Source: Geosiphon pyriformis uo1
Lineage: Eukaryota; Fungi; Glomeromycota
Direction: 5' to 3'
Assembly (NCBI GenBank): GCA_016748015.1
Contig: JAAOMT010000528.1
Coordinates: 1 to 52,272, forward strand
DNA: 52,272 bases
Shown: positions 13,169 to 25,910 of the stretch, in pieces
How the letters are laid out: every line of letters begins with the position of its first letter
How positions within the stretch are numbered: the stretch's first letter is position 1
The notes under the pieces: model-generated
Told to the model about the DNA's origin: nothing
The model's input: the letters and a program-made list of their open reading frames with translations, nothing else
Database searches by the model: none
Translations under genes and position numbers: made by a program

Positions 13169-14117
13169 TTAAGCCTCACTTTTGGCAATTGAAGTACAGT
13201 GTCGGCTAATTTTGTATTTTAGATGGAAGCAAAAATTTTAGCAAGTTTATTTAAAAGTGTCCCTAGTTTATTTAGCTTTTTTTTTTTGAAATCTTAAATT
13301 TTTATCGAAAGAATATTTGATGTATATTGATTTAATGAAATTTCAATAAAATATTGGCCAAATTGTACTTTTAATTAAAATTTTGTAAAAGTATTCTATT
13401 GGTATATTTATTACGTATATTTCGTGTGTAAAAGGGAAATAGTTATCATAATTCATTGGCTCAAATCATTTGATTATGATAAATATGGTATAAAAAAAAA
13501 AGATTTATTTATTTATTGATTAATTTGTTTAAAACGACGAAAAAATATTAATGCAGCCAAGGACGTTTATTGCTATCTAACTAAATTACCCTAATAATTA
13601 TTGCTGTTTTAAGCCACTCTTACTGGAACTTTGTGTGTGAACCAAAAATGAAAAATTATTTTCAATTTTATTAAAAATGATATATATATTTTATTATATT
13701 TTATATTGATATTAAATTATTTATTTATTTATTTATTTTAATTTTAAATCAATAACAAAATTATTAATATAAATTTTTAATTTTTAATATACAATAATTT
13801 AAGTTTTAAAAATTTAAAATTAAATAAATATATCTTTATCTTTTTGAATTAACAATTAAATTGCTAATAGTAGAAATTTAGTGAATTTTTCAAGACACTT
13901 GAAAATCAATTAGCTTTTGACCATTCCATTTGAAAGGGGATCATATTAAAATCATCAATCATGAGACTGATAAATTAGAATGTAAATCTTGGGCAAATTA
14001 TTACTTTAAATATTTTCAACATATGATCTAAAAACGATTGAAAAGGAATCTCACAGGAATTACAAAAAATCTCAATAAACTTCTATAAACAGGAATTCAC
14101 GCACGGCTGTTGTAAAT

Positions 14118-14907
14118 NNNNNNNNNNNNNNNNNNNNNNNNNNNNNNNNNNNNNNNNNNNNNNNNNNNNNNNNNNNNNNNNNNNNNNNNNNNNNNNNNNN
14201 NNNNNNNNNNNNNNNNNNNNNNNNNNNNNNNNNNNNNNNNNNNNNNNNNNNNNNNNNNNNNNNNNNNNNNNNNNNNNNNNNNNNNNNNNNNNNNNNNNNN
14301 NNNNNNNNNNNNNNNNNNNNNNNNNNNNNNNNNNNNNNNNNNNNNNNNNNNNNNNNNNNNNNNNNNNNNNNNNNNNNNNNNNNNNNNNNNNNNNNNNNNN
14401 NNNNNNNNNNNNNNNNNNNNNNNNNNNNNNNNNNNNNNNNNNNNNNNNNNNNNNNNNNNNNNNNNNNNNNNNNNNNNNNNNNNNNNNNNNNNNNNNNNNN
14501 NNNNNNNNNNNNNNNNNNNNNNNNNNNNNNNNNNNNNNNNNNNNNNNNNNNNNNNNNNNNNNNNNNNNNNNNNNNNNNNNNNNNNNNNNNNNNNNNNNNN
14601 NNNNNNNNNNNNNNNNNNNNNNNNNNNNNNNNNNNNNNNNNNNNNNNNNNNNNNNNNNNNNNNNNNNNNNNNNNNNNNNNNNNNNNNNNNNNNNNNNNNN
14701 NNNNNNNNNNNNNNNNNNNNNNNNNNNNNNNNNNNNNNNNNNNNNNNNNNNNNNNNNNNNNNNNNNNNNNNNNNNNNNNNNNNNNNNNNNNNNNNNNNNN
14801 NNNNNNNNNNNNNNNNNNNNNNNNNNNNNNNNNNNNNNNNNNNNNNNNNNNNNNNNNNNNNNNNNNNNNNNNNNNNNNNNNNNNNNNNNNNNNNNNNNNN
14901 NNNNNNN
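14118..14907. other. Assembly gap (N run)
   Basis: Run of N bases. Confidence 0.99.
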
Positions 14908-17900
14908 TTATAATGACGAGATTCTCAAGTCACCTTTAAAAGTAAACCTTTTGAATTTTTCAATCTTTCAAATAGCTTTTTCATATATACTATATCAATT
15001 CTGGCTGAATATGTAGTCAACTTTCAATTGTTTTACCGGATTTTGTGTCAGAATCAGTTCAGTCTCATTATTTTGATATATTTTAACTGAAGGCTTTGAT
15101 ATTTTTAATAATTATATATCATTTAGTAAATAGAAGATTTTCGGTGTTTTTAGCAGAATTTCCATTTTGGAAAGATTTACTTGGTCTAACCTAAAAAATT
15201 AACGCATATTTTATTTTAACTTTCGACTTTGCCTATTATTAATTTAATACCATCGTTTGAATTTTTAGGAATTCTTCATGGTTCATTTTCACAATTATTT
15301 TTAAAAGTTATTTTACAAGGCAAGCTATTTATTTGCTCAATCGAGATTTAAAAGAATATCAAACTTAGTCATTATATAATTTCCCCTAAAATCTCAAATT
15401 CAATTGGACTCAAATGATATTTAATGATAATAATAAAACTATTGCATTTGAGAAATAATTTTTTCCAATTCCATAGCTTTCCCGCATAAAATCACTCAAG
15501 TATCCCTAAAATCTATCATAGCAATATTTGTATAAAAGTCAAGGACTTTTTAAATTGATCTTTAATTTACCATAAAAATATTCTGAATTAAAATTTTAAA
15601 CTGTTATTAAATTTAAATTTTATGTGTTTATATATATAGGAAATTCTTAATTTCAAAACTTATTTAAAAAATTATAATACTGTTCAAAAAATAATCTTAA
15701 TACTCAGAAACTTATAAAAAATTATAAATTTTAATATATTTAATATTTAGTTTATATAATATTTCTTAATATTTGTTAAATAAATCTAAAAGATTTGCTT
15801 AACAATTTTGTATGTTTAAAATACTATTTTCTTACTAATTAAATTAAAAATATATATTAATTGCAAAATTAACAAACACCAAAAAAAGTGCTTACAAATA
15901 TTAACTAATAATGTTATCTAACATAAAGAAATATGAATTTTAACAAATATATTTATCTTTTGCTTAAAATTATAAGCCTAAATAATTAATTTTTTGATTT
16001 ATTTGCATTTATAAAAGTAATAATAAAAATATTATTCAAAAGTTTGTATATTATTAAGAGCATAAAATGTGTTAATAAAATTAACTATTATATAGTAAAG
16101 TAATTCAAAATATAATCAGTATTATTTTTTAGGCAGTTTTTTTGTAAATTATTAAACAAAATTAACATTTCACTATTAAACCAATTTTTATTATAATTAT
16201 TTTTTAAAACTTTCAACATTTTCTGAACTTTTTGTACTGTTTTTTGAATTGCTTTAAATTATTGCTTTATTTTTTCTAGTATTTAAAGATATCTTTTCAC
16301 AAAAAATTCAAAGTTTTTTTTCAAGTCTCCATATTTAGGTATTAAAAAACTCTTATAAAGTAGTGCACAAAAAAATTTATAAACATTATAAAACAAGTAA
16401 TATGTAAACATACCTATTTTTAGAACTCTAATGATTTTATTTATAAACTTGATTAGATTAGTCTTTTTTGTAAATCATAATAAGATAATATTTTTATGAT
16501 AGATAGCATATAAAAATCTATTATAATTATAGAAATATATTTCCTTTTTTTAAGGCTTAGCAAAAATTTTTATATTGTTTAATATGTAAAAAAAAAAAAC
16601 TTATATAAAATTTTTGCAACAAATATGTAATAGCTTGTTTAACAAATTTTACTTAAATGTTCAACTATAAATTCAAAACACTTGTGGGAATTAAAAATAA
16701 AGTTATTTTTAATTCTGTTAATAGCAATAAAAGTCGAAAGCTTTATAGCTTTCAAATAGAGTTATTTAAAAGTACACATATGTATTCATCTTATTTAATA
16801 AATTTATAATAAATAATAAAGAAAATTACACATAAAAATTTATTTAATTTTTACAATAAAAACAAATATATATTGAAAATTATTCAAAATTTTTTCTATA
16901 TTTAAATAGTTTTTTTTTTTGTATAAAATTTATTTTAAATTATATTAACTATATATTAATTACTATTATATATTTTTATCACTTTATTTTTAGTATTAGT
17001 TATTACTATTTTTATTGATTTGATTTATAACTTGATTATAAACTTGGCTATTAATTATATTTTTATTTTAATTGTTAATTTAATTATTGACTAAACTATT
17101 AATTTAATTATTAACTTAGTTATTTATTATTTTTAGAAAACATATAAATAAGACTTTTTAAAGCTATAAAAAATTATTTAATTATTTAAATATTAGCAAT
17201 TTAATTTATTTTTATTAATATTATATTTGATTTAAGCATTAAAAAAATTACTTTTGCATAAATAAATAAAAATCTATAATTAATTGAAACGAAACTTAAT
17301 TTAAAAGATTTAGATATTAGATTTTATATAACAATAAAACTCTCATTTATTTGACCCAAAAATATATTAAAATTACTTAAGCATTAATAACTTCCAAGTA
17401 ATAAATCAAGATTTTTACATATTTACAATAAGAATGTATTAAATAATTAAACTAAACATAATTTTTAACAAATAGTTTTACTCATTGTTTTTTTTAAAAA
17501 TGCTAAATTTTTCATTTGTAGTTAATTAAATTAATATATTTTGATAACAAAAGCAGAAGATTTTTATTTTACATGGTGAAAAAGTATATTAAGTATACTT
17601 AATATTGCTTAAATTTTAATATTTAAATCTGAATTTGCATAAAAAAGATCTCAAGAATATTTAACCAGTAGTTTAAAAATAAACTTATTATTGTTTGAAT
17701 TTAAGCCAATATTAATAATTCTTAAAGTTATTACTAAACTATTATCATTTAAAAATACTTATATTAATTACAATAGTTTATTATATATTAGCTTTCTTAA
17801 ATATTTTATATCAATTATTTCAAATTTCTGAATTAAATTTCAATAGATTTAAACAATAAACAGTAAATAACAAAAATTTATTAAAATTGGCAATAAGAAA

Positions 17901-18179
17901 ACAATTTTTCAATATAGACTAAATAAATATATAAAAAATAATTGACAAATGTGATTACCTCTTCTTACTTTTTATTCTTGTAAAAAATTTTAAACTAAAA
18001 CTACCTCTTTCTGCTTTTTACTCTTGTAAGAAATCTTAAATTACCTTCTTTCTATTCTTTATTATTATAAAACATAAATAATAGATTAACAATTATCAAT
18101 TTCTCATTATCTAATTCTAAAATTTAATTTAGTTATTTGATGATTGATTGTTTATAAATTTCTATTTTATATTTATTAA

Positions 18180-18545
18180 CTATTCAAATATTGAATTGCA
18201 AATTACTAGTAAGTATAATAATTCAAATATTAAAATATGAATTATTTGTAAATAATAATTATTCAAATTTTGAGTTATGAATTATTAGTAGATGGTGGTT
18301 ATTAAATGTTGAGTTAAATTATTGGTGTGTAATGATTATATTTGAATGTTGAATTCATGCATTTTTGATAGTTGGTAATTATTTGAATATTAAGTTGTAA
18401 AATATTGATAAATGATTATATTTAAATGTTGAATTGCAAATTTTTGGTAAATAATAGTTATTCGAATGTTGAATTTGTGTATTTTTAGTGGGTGGTAGTT
18501 ATTCAAATTTTGAATTTGTAAATTATTGGTAAGCAGTAGTTATTT
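18180..18545. repeat. Degenerate ~39-40-bp tandem array (~9 units)
   Basis: The core TATTCGAATGTTGAAT and its variants recur at about 40-bp spacing. Confidence 0.7.
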
Positions 18546-18738
18546 TTTAATTGTTAGTATCAAATTAAAGTTAAGTTTAATAAGATTTTTTTTTTCTGCC
18601 AACTTTGTCAAGTCTGTTTTATTGGCTGTGATTTTACTAAATAATAGATAGAAATAGTTTAACTTATAATACACATCAATAATCATAAGTAAAAACAAAT
18701 ATTTAGCTAGAATATGGCAAGCACAAAGATTAAATAAC

Positions 18739-18927
18739 AATTTATGTTATTGATTATAAGTAAAAGCAGATATTTGACAAAATAAGTACATGTACAGAGA
18801 TATAATAATTTATGTCATTGATCATTAGTAGAAATAAACATTCAGTAGAATAGGTATATGTACAGAGATATAACAATTTATGTCATAAACTGTAAGTAAA
18901 AACAGATATTCGGCAAAATAAGTGCAT
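18739..18927. repeat. 68-bp tandem repeat (~2.8 units), interrupted by a solo LTR
   Basis: AATTTATGT starts at 18739, 18807 and 18875; the units share ATGTACAGAGATATAA. Confidence 0.8.
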
Positions 18928-19920
18928 TGTTACTAGTAGAATTTTAGCTATTAATTAGCATAAAATTATCCTTATAATTCCTATAATTAATTAGTATATT
19001 AATATCATTTCAAATTATCATTTATTATTTAATCAATTAGTACATATCACGATTCAATTAAAATAATCTAATTAGTATAACAGAAAGTAGGATGATCAAA
19101 TTACACAATACTCTGAACTTTGTAACATTCTAAAATTCGCTGAAATTTACAGAAATTCACCGAAATTTATAAGAAATTCGCCGAAATTATGAATAGTTCA
19201 CTCAAATTAATCAATAGTTTAGTGAAATAACTTGTAGTTCATCAAAATGTATCTTTAGTTTGCCGAAATTTGAGCAAAAAGAAAAAGTGCAAGTTTATAG
19301 ACTAGTACTACAACAAGTTGTATAAAAGAAGAGCTTTTCTCTTCAAAAAAATGTATCTTACTTTAGATTTATCACTTAGAACTATTCCTACATACACAAA
19401 AAAAAATAAAATATTAAATAATTTAAAAAACCAATTTTTTTAAATATTGCACTTGGAAAATTTCCAAAAACCCAACTAATGTTTTGAAATTGATTAGCTA
19501 CCAATTTCAGTAAACTGTTAGTAACTCCAGGTCTGGATAGAAAACGTTTCCCTTGATAAAATCTTATTTCTTTTACATTTCTTTTATTTTTCTTTTCTTT
19601 TCTTATTACAATTATTAAGGTAGTCTACAGACAAAATTTCTGTAGAAGAGTTGACTTTCACAGCAAAGTAACTACACATTTTTAGTAAGCTTCCAGATGA
19701 GTAATTTCTGGGAAGAGTTGATGTTTACTACAACGTAACTACATAAAGTAACTGGCAAGGAATTGGCTATTCTACCCATAAACCCAGCAGTTCAAATTAT
19801 AAGAGATAATTTGAAGATAAATTCAGTTATTGGAGGTTCAACTACTTCTAAAAAACATGAATTTGTAACCAACAGACATTTACAACATTTAAGAAAAAAG
19901 ACTAAAAACCTCTAGTAACA
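18928..19920. mobile_element. Solo LTR (~993 bp)
   Basis: Starts TGTTACTAG and ends CTAGTAACA, a perfect 9-bp inverted repeat. Flanks GCAT/ACAT form a 4-bp TSD with one G>A. Internal GAAATTCRCCGAAAT repeats and TATAAAAG at about 19321. Confidence 0.75.
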
Positions 19921-19999
19921 ACATACACAGTGGTTAAAAAACACCACATTTAGTAATATAAAGAAGTTAGAAATCCCATGCTTGGTTAAGTTTCTTTGA

Positions 20000-22900
20000 A
20001 TAAGATTGGAATTTTTTTTGGTAAAAGATGCTTTTCTCTCTCATTTGATATTTAGAGCTAAAAAAAATATGTTAACACTCTTACTTAGATTGTTTTATTA
20101 ACTAAAAACTTTTAATCTTTAAGATTTGCTGCAATTATCAGTATAATTGGAAATAAGAATAAATCTCTTAAATTTTTTTAATGTTTTTTAGATTTATGTA
20201 TTATTAGTTATACTAGTTATAGCTATTGGATTTATAAGTTAGTAAACACTAATAATTTATTATTAATAAAGATAAGAGTAATTTTATATAGAATAAAATT
20301 TTGCTTAAAGATAAAAAACACTTTTTTATATGTTACTGTCTCTAAGTTGTTGATTTTGAGATCAAAAATTACATGTTTGTTTTTTATGTAAAAACAAGAA
20401 TACAAGAATAAATTAACTAATATGTAGTAATTAAAAACAAAAAATCACTTTTTAAAACTTTGATATTTTCTGAATAATCTTTATATTATTATACAGATTT
20501 TTATGACTAATATAATATTAAGCAGATTTTTATGACTTATTTTTTTAACTCTGTTATCCTAAAATGGCTAAATTTAATTAGTATAAAAATCAAATTCACA
20601 TCTTTCTTAAAACTATAAAATTTATTATAATGTTTAATTTAACTCTTTTTTTTGTTTAAGAAAACAATATAAATAATCACAGATAAATTAATTATTAAGA
20701 ACATAACATTTATATCTCATATCTGAAAAAAAAATTAATATATTAAATTGAATAATATAAAAAAAATAAAAAACTATTAGGTATAGCCAATATATATACT
20801 TTCTGTTATAACATAAAATTTGGAAACATAACTGTTTACTTAAAACACAGCCTCTAAATATTCAAAAAATTTCAAAACTAATGTTTATTATTATCATATT
20901 TTGATTAAAATTACATTTTTAGTCTAGTTTTAATATTAGATACTAAAAAAATAAAGATTTGGTAATAAACAACAAATAACAAATAATTAATTATCTAATT
21001 TAAAGACCTGAATAAAATTGAGTGCATTATTTTAAATAAATTTTATTCCATAAAAGCATATTTTTATTTCAACTCACATAATAGAAAATTTGAATGTCAG
21101 TAAATATTTACATTTTTAAATAGAGAATTAATTTAATTTACTTAATTTAATCTATTAAAACAGACTTACTAAGTAATTAATTTAATATACTTAAACAAAC
21201 TAGTTTTTTAAAAAGTTCTTGATTAACTTTACAAAAAATTATTAAAAGTAATTAGACTTAATAAGAATTTTTCTATATTACTTCCATTAGCTTAAAAAAA
21301 AGACATAGATCAAAATCGTAATATATTTAAAATACTATTTTCAGAAATCTAATATCTAATAGCAAAATAAAAACCAAAAGATGTGGATTAAAGCTTCTAT
21401 TAAATAAATTAGTAGAAAAGCTAAGTGAAATTGTAAATATTTAGAAAATTCAAAATAGTATATAATATCTATAGTATTTGTTCTTAAAAATTAATTATAT
21501 AAATATTAGTTAATTCCAGGATATATTATTTTACAATATTATAACTTAACATTTTTAATATATCTGAGCTAATAAAACAAATCTTATATTTTTTAGCAAA
21601 AGATAAATCATTTTACTCAACTCTCTTTATTAATAAACTTTGGTATCATTTTTTTGTTCCAATCTTATAGTAACATATTAAGTTTTTCACAGATCATCAG
21701 AACCAATGTAACAAAAAGATGTTTTAAGTTTTTACTTGGCAGTTAATAAACTTTAAAAGAGTTATGTATAGAATAATAAAACCATTTAATTGCTTCAAGA
21801 TAGTATATTTCTGATTAGAAAATTTAAAAATTTCAAATGTATTGATCAATACAATTTTGTGTTTATGCTCAGATATATGCTTTTTTATTTTTTAATGCTC
21901 ATTCACAAATTTTGACAGCAAGATTACTATATTTTGCTATAGTGCTCTTTAACAATTGGATTAAAAGGATAAATAATACTATTATTTTTGCTAAGTCTAA
22001 TATTTTACCTAATATTTTTGAATTAATTATTAGGTAAAGTTTTTTTTTACTTCAAAATATTTAACAAACATTAATTTTTATGTTTTATTTTTCTGTAAAT
22101 ATATTTATAATGATGAGATCTCTTTTAATAAACATAAAGTACCTATTATTTTAGAATTGCTTATTGCTGTTAATAAACTTATTTTAGAGAATCTTATTAA
22201 TTATTTTAAAAACTATTTAATTAAACATTATACAAAAGAATTAAAAGAGAATTTTGCCACTTTATAAAAAACTTTATTATGTAACAAAATAGCTGTTAAC
22301 AATCTAGCTATAATTTTTAACTTACAAAATTTTATTTTCCTTAGTGAAAATGCTTTTTTTTTAATTTCACTCGAAATAATTTAAATATAGAAGAATCTAA
22401 GATCTGAAAAAAAATTGTAGAATAGAGAGTAGCTAAATTGAATAACAATATTTAGTTAAAAAAAGTTTTTTATTGAACAGATGAAAACTTTAACACTTTT
22501 AAGAAATCTATTAAAATGCTTCTATCTTTAATTTGTTTCTTTAATATATCTTCAGTTAATTATTATTACAGAATAAAACTATTTGTAAAAATTTTACTTA
22601 GAACTTTATATGAAGATTTTATACATTATTATCTCATATTGAGTAGTCATTAAAAGTTTGTAAACACTTAGTCATTATAATTAAATATTAATTTAAAGCT
22701 TCTTCAATCACATAATATAAAATAAATATATTATTGAATTCAAAACAAAGACAAAAATACTCTTTTTGGAGATTAAGTTAAAAATAATTTTAAATTGGTA
22801 CTTCAAAGCAATTGAAATGGATTTACTTCAGCTGATTTTTATCAATTATATAATGGTAAAGAAACAACAGTTAGTGTAATCAAAGTAAAAAAAACTGATT

Positions 22901-23700
22901 AGCTAATTAGTAGCTATAATTTACACTCATGATATTCTAAAAATAAATTTTTAAAGAGAAAAAAAAGTTTTTTTTTTTTTTTTAAAGATGACAAAGCTAA
23001 AAATGCTTAACTTGGCAAATTTGTTAACAAATTTAAATCTTATAGTGGGCTAGATTATGAATTCATGTTTGGAATAAATTTTTATAATAATTTAGAATAG
23101 TATTGTGCAAATAAAAAAACTATGAATATGTTGTAATGCCTTAATCAGAAAATTACAAGAATTTCTTTGTCAAGAAGTATGAGGTTTTTAAATCATGAAA
23201 AGTTAAATTAGTTTTATTTAATTTGAATATATATTTTTCAAAAGTTATGTACCCTATTCTGGAAATTTTTACCAACAAAATATTCTATATCTTCCTGCTT
23301 TAAAACACAAAATAAAGTTAAAAAATGATAACAAGTTTTAGAAAAAACTTTAAAATTTATAATTATTTTAATAAAAAGTAATTGTTAAAGTAAAGATTTT
23401 TATTATAGGCTAAAACCAAAAAATGCTTATTAGTACTTTTATTTCCATAAAATGTCTTATAAATAATATAATCTACTTTTAATCTATTTATCAATTCAAA
23501 AAAAATGTTATTTAAGTTTTATAATCTTTATTATGATAAGTAATAGTATGTTTTTGTGTTTAAAAACTGCTCAAATTTTATATATATAAAGATAATTTAC
23601 ATATTATATAAACTTCTAATTTCCAATATATGGTTTACTAAATATTATGAATTCAATTTAGGATTTGAGACTTAATAGAAAAATAATTAATTAATTTCAG
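20000..23700 (+). mobile_element. Highly decayed LINE ORF2-like remnant (tentative)
   Basis: Only ghost motifs remain: KLLGIANI..IWKH (~20770-20830, like the RT-upstream KAxGxSGI..WKH), DIDQN (~21302, like GxxQG), VIKVK (~22876, RNase H-like) and KYSISSCFK..**QVL (~23280, decayed zinc finger). Boundaries are approximate. Confidence 0.35.
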
Positions 23701-24449
23701 AATTTTTAAAGTAGCATAGATTATTGTGTAAATTTAAGAAAAAAATTTTATTAAATTTTAATAATCAAATAAAAAATTTTAAAGAAAATCTAGTTGGATA
23801 CAAACTGATTCCAGATTTATATCTAATAGCTACAATATTTCAAATATCAGTTAGCTTAATGACTTGTAAAATTAAATATATCATTCTAAAAAAAGCGGTT
23901 TTGTATTTTTTCAAAAAATATTTTATAGACTTTTATCTCTTTTGTATATTAATATTTGAAAGTTAGCTTTTGAGTCTATTGATTTTTTATGAATCATAAA
24001 ATTATTTTGAATCTGATTACTTTTATTATAATTTTAATAAAAAAGTTTTTTTGATAACCTAAAAAACTTTTTAATAATGCATTAACAAAATTTAATAGAT
24101 TTTATTATATTATCTTTTAAACAATAAGATTTAATGTATATCATACATATTTTTGAAAAATTTTTAATGTATTATCTATAATTCTGTCTACTTTCTGAAG
24201 AAATATAATTTTCTAATTTAACATATTTTATCATGTTTAATATAAGAGAATCTATGAGATTTTCAATATATTTCAATAAAATTGTAAAATTTTTTAAAAT
24301 ATTTGGAGTTTTTGTGATTGTTTTCAGATTTCGAAAGATATAAATATGAAAAAAAAATTAGGTTTTATAAAAATTTATATAAAATTTAATACTAAAAGCT
24401 TCTTTAAAATATGTTTTATATAGAAAATTAGTATATTTTTTTGAAAATT

Positions 24450-24850
24450 CATTATAAATATGCTAATATATAAATATCATTAATTGCAATACTAATATTA
24501 ATACACTTAGTTTTAGAAGTAGTAACAACCAAGCCCAAAAAAGACTTACCAACAATACCAAACATACCAATATTCATATTATTATTAAATAAACTATTTA
24601 CATCAAAAAACATATTATTATCAGACCCAGATTTGAATAAAAAAATATTTCTCTTATTATTAGAATGCTTGATATTTTCAAGAACAACTTTCATTTTCTG
24701 TAAGAAAAAACCATAAGCAGGACCATGAAAAGCACTTTTAAGAACTTTTTTTTAGATATGTTGCTAAACAAAACAGTTTTTAACTCTACAAAAAAAGTGT
24801 TGTTAAGTAAAAAAATGATGATATAAACTAATGAAAAAAAACAAAAAAAA
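24450..24850 (-). mobile_element. Decayed N-terminus of a LINE ORF1-like repeat (tentative)
   Basis: KKVLKSAFHGPAYGFFLQKMKVVLENIKHS... resembles, from recall only, a repeat-encoded ORF1 family of glomeromycete assemblies. The region is CpG-depleted. Confidence 0.35.
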
Positions 24851-25910
24851 TTCTTTTTTAGAAATATGCTCTTTAAGGAATTTTAGATATAGGAAAGAAA
24901 GAAGTTTTTTTTTTTAATATATTATATTAAGTTATATTTAAATTTTACTTATTAAAAAAATAAAAAAAAATATTTATTTTTGATTAATATATGAAAAAAA
25001 TTATATATTAATATATATATTTTAAAAATATGCAATTTTTAAAAATATATAAGAAATTAATATAATTATATATATATTAAAAACGTTTTTTTAACTTTTA
25101 TTTTTGGTTTATTTTTATTATAAATAATATTTTAAGTTATATAAATATGTTTTATTTTTAATTAATTATTATTAACATATATTTATAAATATTTAACTTT
25201 GTTAATTGAAAATTATTAATTGTTTGTTTCAATTATTAAAAAATTTTACATTATTTTTTAATAATTATAAATAGATTATTAAATAAAATAAATAAATAAT
25301 GAATTTTTGGCATTTTTTAAAAAATATTTATGATGCCAAAAAAATAAAATTTTAGTGTTAAAAATTAAATCAAAACTAAAAAACAAAAAATTGTAATATC
25401 TAAATAATTTTAATAAAAATTTTATAAAAAATATTTTTGAATTTGAATTACAAAAATTTTTATAAAATTTTTTGATAAATTCAAGTAATTTAAACATTAT
25501 TTAATAATAATATAAATAATTTTAAAATAAAATTAAACATACATTAAAAATGTTAAATTTAATTTCTGGAATAAAATATGTAATTTGCATTTGTAACAAA
25601 ATAAATATTTTAAAAATTATATATAAAATAAATAATTATTCTTAATTTAAGTATAAAAATTTGATAAACAAAAACAAAGTATTTATTTTGATTGTTTAAA
25701 AACTCCTTAAAATTATAATATTTTTATTTTTATAATTAAAAATTTAATTCTTAAATTTTACATTAAAAATAACAATTTTACTTTTTTTAGCCTTGGTGCT
25801 TAATAAATATGTACATGATTTCAGTTACACATGATGAACAAAGTGATTGGTCAATTAGCATAAAATGTTTCACAGCTGAAATAGATTTTTATGTATCACT
25901 TTTCCAAGCT

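Noticed and set aside
15600-18150. Possible decayed minus-strand retroelement
   Set aside because: Too eroded to identify diagnostic motifs by eye.
18180-18545. CRISPR-like repeat/spacer appearance
   Set aside because: The repeats are degenerate, the spacers are mutually similar, the context is eukaryotic and there are no cas genes.
25809-25910. Upstream ATG extension of the SAM ORF, and the TTG start at 26823
   Set aside because: MSNKRK (25911) is a more plausible start, and 26823-26847 is intron 3' sequence. Neither point is proven.
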